The translations under genes were made by a program, and so were the position numbers. Shown piece after piece: positions 8,601 through 15,813 of a DNA stretch of 33,453 nucleotides (positions are counted from its first letter, which is position 1; each line of letters begins with the position of its first letter). The notes beneath the pieces were generated by a model that saw only the letters and a list, made by a program, of their open reading frames with translations, was not told the origin of the DNA and did not search any database. The stretch spans positions 1-33,453 of the forward strand of contig CBDURI010000003.1 in the NCBI GenBank assembly GCA_965369435.1, written 5' to 3'. This DNA is from an uncultured bacterium (GTDB lineage Bacteria; Myxococcota_A; Polyangia; Polyangiales; Houyiibacteriaceae).

Positions 8601-9213
8601 CGGTTAGCGCCATGGGTAGATCGATCTCCTCTGCCATGGGATCGACCCCGCGAGCCCGCGCGGTCCCCATCGGGGCGGGCAGGTCGACCTCGACCCCTGA
8701 GGGGGCCGACAGCGGCGCGGGGAGATCGGTGCCGCCCGGTGCTTCGAGCGGCGCGGGCAAGTCCATGTCCGCGAATGGATCGAAGCCAGGAGACGCCGAC
8801 GGTGCCTTCGGGGCAGGGAGGTCGGCCACCCCGGGGTCATCGAACGGGTCGAAGTCGAGCGAGCGGCCGCCCTTGCTTGGTGCGGGGAGGTCGGTAATCT
8901 CGCCACCGACGAAGGGCGCGGGAAGATCGACTGCGCCCGATGGGGCCGGCAAATCCGAAGGTGGCGACTTGATCGCCGCAGCTGGAGTGGGGGGCGGCGC
9001 CTGCGGGCCGAGGCCGACCTGCGTTGGCTTGCGTCGTGGGCGTTTCTGCGCGCCCGGCGCGGCCCCGCCTCCGCTCTTCGCCGTCGAGCCATCGCGATGA
9101 ACCTGAAAGCTTTCGCTGCACTTTGGGCATCGCATCCGGAGCCCTTCCTCGGGCAGGCGGTGCTCATCCACGTCGTAAGCCGCCTTACACGACGGGCAAC
9201 TAACCTTGATCAT
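5644..9213 (-). CDS. Zinc-ribbon (MJ0042-like) / Pro-acidic repeat / single TM / multi-TPR protein
   Basis: Start reassigned to ATG 9213 (MIKVSCPSCKAAYDVD...MRCPKCSESF); DLPAP repeats; hydrophobic segment AMAVIAAISAVLGAGFYLG; roughly 750 aa of TPR-like helices. Confidence 0.85.
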   Translation of the reverse strand: MIKVSCPSCKAAYDVDEHRLPEEGLRMRCPKCSESFQVHRDGSTAKSGGGAAPGAQKRPRRKPTQVGLGPQAPPPTPAAAIKSPPSDLPAPSGAVDLPAPFVGGEITDLPAPSKGGRSLDFDPFDDPGVADLPAPKAPSASPGFDPFADMDLPAPLEAPGGTDLPAPLSAPSGVEVDLPAPMGTARARGVDPMAEEIDLPMALTDAELPRPKAPSAVPQPISLDSELPISSAGEDLPVARDDFQGLDIDGPERIHGAGPIELDLPDGGDLDLEMELDAPAPLPGPPPPLSQALGAPGAAGPGDTPKQDRVSRDSAELQLPESDGLEFSELPGEAEDGVHRMPNPGGAGPDIAVKPKPKLKAVSIQWPPWLMKAMAVIAAISAVLGAGFYLGTTQYGLFGVYLVEPFLPASGDAVMVAQAVEEAEMMASSDTYTATRRALARLELARDEASLNRSLVARSLLHESYYQARYGHEAESAGIADMLRLHLRRRGDEAPRIHVALAADALRTSDIDTATSEIALASQEDPTDLYVDLVVGELALRAREGQAAVDAFDRAMKKDDSARAQWGLARAYRVLGDQEKAAAAARATQKLSENHAGARVAVAGLLVDEGKLDEAYELLQAPGGLVPVAGATLLVARADKSAALTLVARIEERRGRLGAAREMYEKGIELDTSNADAALGAARLVLLEGAYQDAYARFQTVLGSEVRPGAEMDVTGKPKVVVDAKLGAAEALLAMDKAEDAQKLLADLRTPEPVNPDVELWQGMVADSLADTKAAVSHFRSAIKLDPKSFRAYMALAQHYRSTKRPGEAVGVLVEAQRNVEITAEVRRLLGWAELDRNRIDEAIGQFVQALEMEPRDSAAQFGLAVAYRRHGMLEEAGVELEKVQALDGKFPGLALEKGRLAEARGDTDAAVASYREALEEAPNDAALKSRLGAVLVITGELEEGEKLLMEVIEAQPYSAEAEHYLGRVELDRGQTEDARRHFLRAARLESDSGLYRMYVAWVALESSEMTTALRELDTALKLDPTLGDAFWLRARIRIRAGTVRDALGDLRKAIELNPSRVEAWAAMGECHYQLGQMKEAILDFERAVAAAPERGYWWYRLGRLQLDEGHKAKALDSLGHATSLGGETAGPNAWLADSHRLTGDIYYGQKKRQEAVVEYGRYLEYAGPDALDRADVEAKLRKIALGYD
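8671..8955 (-). repeat. Seven exact DLPAP peptide repeats (protein-level repeat)
   Basis: SDLPAP, VDLPAP, TDLPAP, ADLPAP, MDLPAP, TDLPAP, VDLPAP with varying synonymous codons; degenerate copies follow (DLPMA, ELPRP, ELPIS, DLPVA, DLPDG). Confidence 0.85.
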
Positions 9214-9330
9214 GACCCCACCTGTCCCCCGGGGATCAAACATAACACGCTTGCGCAGCGTCTCATAAACCCTCGTGAGCAGATTCCGATCGCAGCGGAA
9301 CGTAGCGGGGATGGGTGTGGATGTCCCACC

Positions 9331-9360
9331 TTGACGCCAAAGGAGCTGGAGGACTACCTT
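9331..9360 (+). promoter_or_regulatory. Putative sigma70 promoter of zapA
   Basis: TTGACG (9331-9336), 18 nt spacer, TACCTT (9355-9360), 10 nt before GTG 9371. Confidence 0.55.
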
Positions 9361-9370
9361 CCCGACAACC

Positions 9371-9688
9371 GTGAAGCCCAACGTTCAGATCGAAATTGCC
9401 GGCGCCCGTTATCGCATGTCCTCGGACGCCGATGAAGCATACCTACAACGACTCGCCGATATCGTGAACGAGCGGGTGCAAGCCCTCGGGCCTAAAGCGG
9501 CTCGAGCAGCGACACCCGCACAGCTTCTCGCGGTCGTCGCGCTCGGTCTTGCCGAGGATCTCGACGCGTCCGAACGACGACGTGAGAGCCTCGAGGCCAA
9601 GACGCGGCAAGTCGTCGATGGTGCCATTCGACGCATCGATCAACGACTGAAATCGGACGCCGAGCTCGCGCAGCAAATCGACCCGTGA
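9371..9688 (+). CDS. zapA: Cell division protein ZapA
   Basis: VQIEIAGARYRM...DEAYLQRLADIVNERV...LAVVALGLAEDL plus a C-terminal coiled coil; conserved position before the 5-FTHF cyclo-ligase. Confidence 0.88.
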   Translation: MKPNVQIEIAGARYRMSSDADEAYLQRLADIVNERVQALGPKAARAATPAQLLAVVALGLAEDLDASERRRESLEAKTRQVVDGAIRRIDQRLKSDAELAQQIDP

Positions 9689-10287
9689 CCACGGACGAGA
9701 CGGAGCACGCCGAAAGCCTGCTCCGTCGGCGCGCCAAGCTGGCGCTGCGGGATCGCATGCGCTCGGTGCGCGAAGCGCTTCCCGGCGTGGCGTGCGACGT
9801 GCGTTCATCCGAGATCACCAGACGCCTTTTCGCACTCGCGGAGATCGAACGTGCGTCGACGGTTCTCGCGTTTGCATCGATTCGCAACGAAGTGCGAACG
9901 CAGCCATTCATGCAAGCCGCTTGGGAAGCAGGCAAGCGTGTGGCGTTGCCGCGAGTGGTCGGGGACGAACTACGGCTCTATCTGCTGGGCCCCGAGACCG
10001 TGCTCGTCGACGGGGCCTTTTCGGTCCCGGAGCCACCTGAAGCAGCGGCGCAGGTCGAGCCTGACGAGGTGGATTTCGCCCTGGTTCCCGCGTTGGCGGT
10101 CGACCCGCGTGGCTACCGAATCGGCTACGGCGGCGGCTACTACGACCGGCTGATCCCGCGACTTCGGACGGCGTGCACGTGCGCGGTCGCATACCATTTT
10201 CAGTTGATCGCCGAGGTGCCGAACCTTTCATTCGACGTCGCAGTCGACCTAGTTGTCACCGACGAGCGCGTGATCCGCGCTGAGTGA
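9685..10287 (+). CDS. ygfA: 5-formyltetrahydrofolate cyclo-ligase
   Basis: K..LR..M, EVRT, VALPRV, VPEP, LVPALAVD..GYRIGYGGGYYDR and D..VD.VVT motifs. Confidence 0.95.
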   Translation: MTTDETEHAESLLRRRAKLALRDRMRSVREALPGVACDVRSSEITRRLFALAEIERASTVLAFASIRNEVRTQPFMQAAWEAGKRVALPRVVGDELRLYLLGPETVLVDGAFSVPEPPEAAAQVEPDEVDFALVPALAVDPRGYRIGYGGGYYDRLIPRLRTACTCAVAYHFQLIAEVPNLSFDVAVDLVVTDERVIRAE

Positions 10288-10330
10288 AACGCGGGGCGAT
10301 CCGGGAAGCACGCAGTGGTATACGTGCAGC

Positions 10331-12229
10331 GTGATTGCAGACGCAGCACAGCGAAAGCTCGACAAGCTTCCAGCGTCGCCCGGCGTGTACGTCTTCCATG
10401 GCGAGGACGGGAAGGTCCTCTATGTCGGCAAGGCGCGAAGCCTCAGGAACCGCGTTCGAAGCTACTTCCAGCCCGGGTCGAGCGACGTCCGCGCGTTCGT
10501 GAACCGTCTCGAGCGCGAGCTCGTCGACATCGAGACGTTCGTGACACACACCGACAAGGAAGCTGCGTTGCTCGAGAACCAGCTGATCAAGGCACACCAA
10601 CCCAAGTACAACGTGAAGCTTCGGGACGACAAAGAATTCTTGTCGTTGCGGCTCGACGCGAAGAAGCCGTGGCCGAGACTCGAGGTCGTCCGCCGACCAA
10701 AACCAGACGGCAGTCAGTACTTCGGGCCGTACCACTCGGCTACTGCGGCGCGGCAGACGCTGAGGTTGGTGAATCGGTACTTTCAGCTCCGAACGTGTAC
10801 CGACATCGAGTTTCGACTGCGAACTCGGCCGTGTCTTCAGTATCAGATCAAGCGATGCCCGGGGCCGTGCGTGTTGGAAGTCGACCAGCAAGAGTATCGC
10901 GCGCAGGTCGTCAACGTCGCTCGGTTTCTCGATGGGCGGCATGGCGAGCTCGTGCGTGACATCGACGGACGCATGAAAGGCGCGTCCGGCGAGCTCGAAT
11001 ACGAACGGGCCGCGGTCTATCGGGATCAGCTTCGCGCGGTCGAGCGCGCTCAAGAAGAACAGCGCGTCGCCGGTGTGCAGAAGTCGGACCAAGACGTGAT
11101 CGGCTTTCACCGCCAGGGCGACCAGGTCGAAGTTGCGGTGCTGAGCATGCGCGGGGGACGCTTGTTCAGCTTGCGCACGCTTCCTCTTCGGAAGGTTGCA
11201 GTGCCGAACGACGAGATGCTCGGTGCATTCCTCCGGCAACACTACGCCGAGCGGGCTTCGTTGCCGGACGATATCCTGGTCCCGGTGCCGATCGAGATGA
11301 GCGAAGCGCTAGAAGAGCTCCTCAGCGAGAACCGAAAACGCCGGGTACGGATCGTGGAACCGAAACGCGGTGCCAAGGCCAAACTGCTCGATCTGGCAAG
11401 AGAGAACGCGGAGCACGCATTCGCAGAGAAGGAACGCGCGCGTGAGGACGTCGAGGCACGTCTCGGAGAGCTCCAGAAGCTGCTGCGCTTACCGGTCCTC
11501 CCACGCCGGATCGAGTGCGTCGACATCTCGCACACCGGAGGTGAGGAGACCGTGGCGGTCTTCGTGGCATTGCAGGACGGCGTTCCTGCCAAAGAGCGCT
11601 ACCGGAGCTTCCGCGTGAAACGAGTGAGCGGCGGCGACGACTACGCCGCCATGTACGAGGTACTGATGCGGCGACTACGCCGCGCAAAGAACGATGAAAA
11701 AGGCTGGGAGCTACCGGACCTGCTTGTCGTCGACGGCGGCAAGGGACAACTCGGCGTCGCAGTCCGCGCCCGTGAGGACGTCGGCGTACCCGGCCTCGAA
11801 GTCGCTTCCGTCGCCAAGCCAAGGGTCACGGCCACCGGCCAAGAAGAAGGCGACCGCATCTTCCTGCCGGGACAGAAGAACCCCATCCCGGTGAGAGCCA
11901 ACTCGGCGCTATCTCTGCTGCTCCTCGCACGCGACGAAACCCACCGCGCATCGAATACGCTGCGACAGAAGATCGGGCGCAGACGGCGGCTGCGAAGCGA
12001 GCTCGACGGCGTGCCGGGCGTCGGCCCCAAGACCCGAGGGAAGCTGTTGCGAAACCTGGGCTCACTGCGCGAGGTCTTGGCGGCAACGGAAGCGCAGCTG
12101 ATCGAGGCCGGGGCGACGAAGCGGCAAGCGGAGGCGATTAAGAGGACGTTGGGGGATCACGCACTGGCCGGAGCGGACGCGGAGGCGGCGGAGGACACCG
12201 CAATCGAGAACGCTTTCCAGGCAGACTGA
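10331..12229 (+). CDS. uvrC: Excinuclease ABC subunit C
   Basis: GIY-YIG domain (PGVY...YVGKARSLRNRV.SYF, ALLENQLIK..PKYNV), CLQYQIKRC.GPC, UVR domain, RIECVDISH, DGGKGQL, RDETHR and HhH GVGPK. Confidence 0.97.
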   Translation: MIADAAQRKLDKLPASPGVYVFHGEDGKVLYVGKARSLRNRVRSYFQPGSSDVRAFVNRLERELVDIETFVTHTDKEAALLENQLIKAHQPKYNVKLRDDKEFLSLRLDAKKPWPRLEVVRRPKPDGSQYFGPYHSATAARQTLRLVNRYFQLRTCTDIEFRLRTRPCLQYQIKRCPGPCVLEVDQQEYRAQVVNVARFLDGRHGELVRDIDGRMKGASGELEYERAAVYRDQLRAVERAQEEQRVAGVQKSDQDVIGFHRQGDQVEVAVLSMRGGRLFSLRTLPLRKVAVPNDEMLGAFLRQHYAERASLPDDILVPVPIEMSEALEELLSENRKRRVRIVEPKRGAKAKLLDLARENAEHAFAEKERAREDVEARLGELQKLLRLPVLPRRIECVDISHTGGEETVAVFVALQDGVPAKERYRSFRVKRVSGGDDYAAMYEVLMRRLRRAKNDEKGWELPDLLVVDGGKGQLGVAVRAREDVGVPGLEVASVAKPRVTATGQEEGDRIFLPGQKNPIPVRANSALSLLLLARDETHRASNTLRQKIGRRRRLRSELDGVPGVGPKTRGKLLRNLGSLREVLAATEAQLIEAGATKRQAEAIKRTLGDHALAGADAEAAEDTAIENAFQAD

Positions 12230-12290
12230 CGCCCACACTGGCGCTGACGCTGACACTGACACTGGCACTGGCACTGACACTGACTCTGGC
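12225..12290. repeat. Degenerate hexamer tandem repeat (NCTGRC) filling the uvrC / histidine kinase convergent gap
   Basis: 12237-12290 reads actggc gctgac gctgac actgac actggc actggc actgac actgac tctggc (9 units), preceded in phase by actgac gcccac, which overlaps the uvrC stop. Confidence 0.9.
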
Positions 12291-12291
12291 A

Positions 12292-13662
12292 TCAGGTCGC
12301 GACGGGCAGTCGTACCTTCAACGCGGCCCCGCCCTCTTCCCGGTTCGCCGCCTCGATCGACCCCCCCAGTCCCTCGACGATCGTGTGACAAACCGCGAGG
12401 CCCAAGCCGGTGCCCTGCCCGGGCGCCTTGGTCGTCACAAACGGGTCGAACACTTGCTCGATGATGTCCCGGTCGATCCCTGGCCCGTCGTCTTGGACGA
12501 TCAGCTGTACGACACCAACGCCATTGGTCGCCCGTACCTCGATCCGCCCCTTGCCATCGAGAGCGTCTGCCGCATTGAACAACAGATTCAGCAACAACTG
12601 TCGCAAGCGTTCGTGGTCACCACGAACTCGGGGGAGTCCGTCGTCCAGACGCAGAGCGATGTCAATGTCGTGGAAACGGGCCTGGCGGTCGATCAGTTTG
12701 ACGGTGTCGGCTACGACCTCGGAGAGGTCCGCGGAGGTTTCGATCCCTCCGTCTGGGGCCGGTGCATTCCTCGAGAAATCCAGGAGATCACGAATCGTGT
12801 GGTGGATTCGCTCAGCCTCGCGTTGAACGCGGCCCACGAACTCCTTCTCCTCTTCAGGGTCGAGGTCCCCGCTCTGCATCAGGTCGAGCAATCCTCGGAT
12901 CGCGGCGAGCGGGTTCCCGATCTCGTGTGCGACGCCTGCCGATAGTCGTCCGACGGCCGCCAAACGCGCGCTCCGAACCAACTGCTCCTGCGCAGTCGTC
13001 AGCTCGTCGGTGGCGCGCTCGAGATCGCCGAGTCTGTCTTGAAGCGCCGCGCGGTCCTCGCGAAGCAGCGCCGCCATCTCGTTGAACGATGCCGCCAAGC
13101 GCGCGACCTCGGCGGCGCCTTGTACGGGAACGCTGGCGTGCAGCCTGCCCGCGGCAAGTCGCTCGGAGGCGAGTCGCAATCGATCGATCGGACGCACGAT
13201 GAAGTACGTCAGCAAGACGTACGTTAGCAGCAGCACCGTGGCCGCCGTTAGACCCAGGTAAAACAAAGATAAGCTCAGCCGCGCCGCGTCGGCGCCATAG
13301 CTCGCGGGCACCCAGACTCGCAGCTCGAGTCCCATCGCGGTCGTCACCGTCACGTCGGGGTCGCCGTCGATCACGCCCCAGGTCCTCTGCAGGCCTCCGA
13401 GGGTGTGGACCTCCACGCGTTCGACCAGACCCTCTTGGAGCATGCGCCCGATCACCTCGTCACTCAGTCCTTCGCCCGCAGAACCGGCGCCCGCGGCGAG
13501 GGCTTGGGCCAACCCTGCGGCACGCGTCTGCCGCTCTCGGGCATTCTCGCTCTCGTCGAGCCGCGCCGTCACGAGACTGAGCAACACGAATGCCGCGCCG
13601 AACGCCACGATCAGCGCGAGCATGAGTTGGCTTCGAAGCCCCAAGCCGAACGAACGCCCCAT
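12292..13662 (-). CDS. Membrane sensor histidine kinase (2 TM, HAMP, HisKA, HATPase; NtrB/PilS-like class)
   Basis: Two TM segments; HAMP (RPIDRL...EVARLAASFNEM); H-box GVAHEIGNPL; N-box QLLLNLLFNA; DDGPGI, FDPFVTTK and GTGLGL. Confidence 0.93.
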   Translation of the reverse strand: MGRSFGLGLRSQLMLALIVAFGAAFVLLSLVTARLDESENARERQTRAAGLAQALAAGAGSAGEGLSDEVIGRMLQEGLVERVEVHTLGGLQRTWGVIDGDPDVTVTTAMGLELRVWVPASYGADAARLSLSLFYLGLTAATVLLLTYVLLTYFIVRPIDRLRLASERLAAGRLHASVPVQGAAEVARLAASFNEMAALLREDRAALQDRLGDLERATDELTTAQEQLVRSARLAAVGRLSAGVAHEIGNPLAAIRGLLDLMQSGDLDPEEEKEFVGRVQREAERIHHTIRDLLDFSRNAPAPDGGIETSADLSEVVADTVKLIDRQARFHDIDIALRLDDGLPRVRGDHERLRQLLLNLLFNAADALDGKGRIEVRATNGVGVVQLIVQDDGPGIDRDIIEQVFDPFVTTKAPGQGTGLGLAVCHTIVEGLGGSIEAANREEGGAALKVRLPVAT

Positions 13663-13722
13663 GGGTACAGTCTACAGCGACAATCTCTTGACCCGCCACG
13701 CGGGCCAGTGCATGGGGGAATC

Positions 13723-14367
13723 ATGACACGGGGCGCCCGTCTAGGGGTGATCGTCGGCTCTTTGCTGGTCCTCTCGTCGTTCGGCGCGTCTGCGAGCGCG
13801 CAACGCCAGGGAGATGGGCTCTATGGCCGCTGGGATCGCGGGCTGACGCTCTCGTTTGGCGCCGGACCTGGCGCGACCTGGCTGAACGGCAAGGCCGACC
13901 CGAATGTCGTCGCCGAGGCCCGGTTCCTGGTGGCAGACGTGGCCGGAGTGGTGCTCTCTGGCCGATGGGGCCCCGACTCCGGCCAGTATCTGTTTCTCGG
14001 CGTGGACCTCCGCCCCCTCTTCCCGGCGCTCTTCTTCCTCTACAAACAAACCTGGAACGAGTTTGCCGACCTGCTCCTTCAATCGATCTTCCTCGAGATC
14101 GGGCCGGCGTTTCTGCTCGACGGCGACCGAAGCACGGGGCTCGGCGTGGGCTTTGGGTTTGGCATCCCGCTGTACAGGCCTCTCACCACGGTGCGCGGGC
14201 TGTGGCTGCGAATCGCCGCCCGCTACGTGAACACGGACCCATCCTATCGGAACACGCAGCCGACGTCGGATCGCACGCAATGGACCCTCTACACGACGTT
14301 TGTCGTGCGCTTGGGTTTCAAGTCGAAGCTCAGCCGGTGGGAGCCGCCGAGGTACCGCCAACGGTAG
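13723..14367 (+). CDS. Secreted protein, probably a small outer-membrane beta-barrel; function unknown
   Basis: Start reassigned to ATG 13723; signal peptide ending ASA-Q; alternating amphipathic strands (GLTLSFGAG, YLFLGVDLRP, GLGVGFGFGIP, LWLRIAARYV). Confidence 0.6.
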   Translation: MTRGARLGVIVGSLLVLSSFGASASAQRQGDGLYGRWDRGLTLSFGAGPGATWLNGKADPNVVAEARFLVADVAGVVLSGRWGPDSGQYLFLGVDLRPLFPALFFLYKQTWNEFADLLLQSIFLEIGPAFLLDGDRSTGLGVGFGFGIPLYRPLTTVRGLWLRIAARYVNTDPSYRNTQPTSDRTQWTLYTTFVVRLGFKSKLSRWEPPRYRQR

Positions 14368-14403
14368 TTTGGCTGGCACACCGAACCCGGCTACAACCGC
14401 GCT

Positions 14404-15813
14404 GTGAGACGCACCAAAATCGTCTGCACGCTCGGACCCGCTAGCGACACGAAAGCCAAGGTTGGCGAGCTCGTCAGGGCGGGCATGAATTGCGCGCGGC
14501 TCAACTTCTCGCACGGTGACCACGAGTCGCACGCTGCCGTAGCGAAGCTAGTGCGTGAAGCTGCGACGGAAGCACAGCGGCCGATGGCGATCTTGGCAGA
14601 CCTGCAGGGGCCAAAGATGCGCATCGGTCGATTCCCCGCAGGTCCCATCCAGCTTTCTCCCGGCGATCGCTTCGCCCTGACAACCAGCGTCGTCGAGGGT
14701 AACCAAGGAATCGTCTCAGTGACGTACGCTGCGCTCACCACCGATGTACGCCCGGGCGACACCGTTGCGCTCGACGACGGCCTGATTCGGCTCCGCGTCG
14801 ATTCCATCGAGGGCGACACGGTTCATACCATCGTCGAAGACGGCGGGGAGCTCTCCAACAGCAAGGGCCTGAATCTGCCCGGCGTATCGATCAGCGCACC
14901 CGCCCTATCCGACAAGGATCGGGAAGACCTGGACTTCGCGATCTCCGTTCTCGAAGCGGACTACATCGCTCTCTCGTTCGTCCGGTCGGCGGACGACGTG
15001 CGGGAGGCCAAAGCTCTGGCTGGCGACGTGCCCGTCATTGCCAAGATCGAACGCCCCGAGGCGGTGGCGGTGCTCGGGGAGATCGTCGACGTCGCCGACG
15101 GCATCATGATCGCTCGAGGAGACCTCGGAGTAGAGCTCGGCGCCGAGAAAGTGCCTCTAATTCAGAAGCGAATCATTCGGGAGACCAACGCTCGCGGCAA
15201 AATCGTCATCACGGCGACTCAGATGTTGGATTCGATGATCCGAAACCCACGACCGACGCGCGCAGAGGCCGCGGATGTCGCGAACGCTGTGATGGACGGA
15301 ACCGACGCGGTCATGCTGAGCGGCGAAACCGCGGCGGGCCGCTATCCAGTGCAAGCCCTCGAGATGATGGACGCGATCATTCGAGAGGTGGAGTCGGACT
15401 ACATCGAGGATCTCGCGCGCGAGTTTAGAGAGCTCAAGAATGTGGGCGAGGAAGACTGGCCGTTCTCGAACGCGGCGGCGCGCGCAGCCGCTGTGCTGAC
15501 GACTCACCTGCCCCTGAAGGCAGTTGTCGTGTTCACTCAAGACGGTCGCTCGGCCGGCTTGCTCGCGGAGCATCGACCTCGAGCGCCCATCCTGGCCGTC
15601 ACCAGCGACGTGCGCGTCGCGCGACGCCTCGCGCTCGAGTGGGGGGTCATCCCACGGCTGGAGGTCCCTCCCGAATCGCTCGATGAAACGCTCCGAATCG
15701 CGACCTCCTTGCTCGTGCGGGAAAAACTTTGCCAACGGGGCGAGGCGTTCGCGATGGTGCTGGGATGGCCCACCTCGGGCCGCACCAACACCCTGAAGCT
15801 GCACCGCCTCTAG
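14404..15813 (+). CDS. pyk: Pyruvate kinase
   Basis: RRTKIVCTLGPAS, RLNFSHG, DLQGPKMR, IAKIE, IMIARGDLGVE, ATQMLDSM, PTRAE and DAVMLSGETA motifs. Confidence 0.98.
   Translation: MRRTKIVCTLGPASDTKAKVGELVRAGMNCARLNFSHGDHESHAAVAKLVREAATEAQRPMAILADLQGPKMRIGRFPAGPIQLSPGDRFALTTSVVEGNQGIVSVTYAALTTDVRPGDTVALDDGLIRLRVDSIEGDTVHTIVEDGGELSNSKGLNLPGVSISAPALSDKDREDLDFAISVLEADYIALSFVRSADDVREAKALAGDVPVIAKIERPEAVAVLGEIVDVADGIMIARGDLGVELGAEKVPLIQKRIIRETNARGKIVITATQMLDSMIRNPRPTRAEAADVANAVMDGTDAVMLSGETAAGRYPVQALEMMDAIIREVESDYIEDLAREFRELKNVGEEDWPFSNAAARAAAVLTTHLPLKAVVVFTQDGRSAGLLAEHRPRAPILAVTSDVRVARRLALEWGVIPRLEVPPESLDETLRIATSLLVREKLCQRGEAFAMVLGWPTSGRTNTLKLHRL

Noticed and set aside
9214-9370. Possible 6S RNA or other ncRNA in the 157-nt divergent gap
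   Set aside because: I could not see the long terminal stem and central bubble. The space is explained by two divergent promoters and a leader. A covariance search would be decisive.
12237-12290. Possible CRISPR array
   Set aside because: The units are contiguous 6-mers with no unique spacers, and no cas genes are present.
12062-12391. 109-aa minus-strand ORF containing SVSVPVPVSVSASAP
   Set aside because: It is a read-through of the hexamer repeat and overlaps two real genes.
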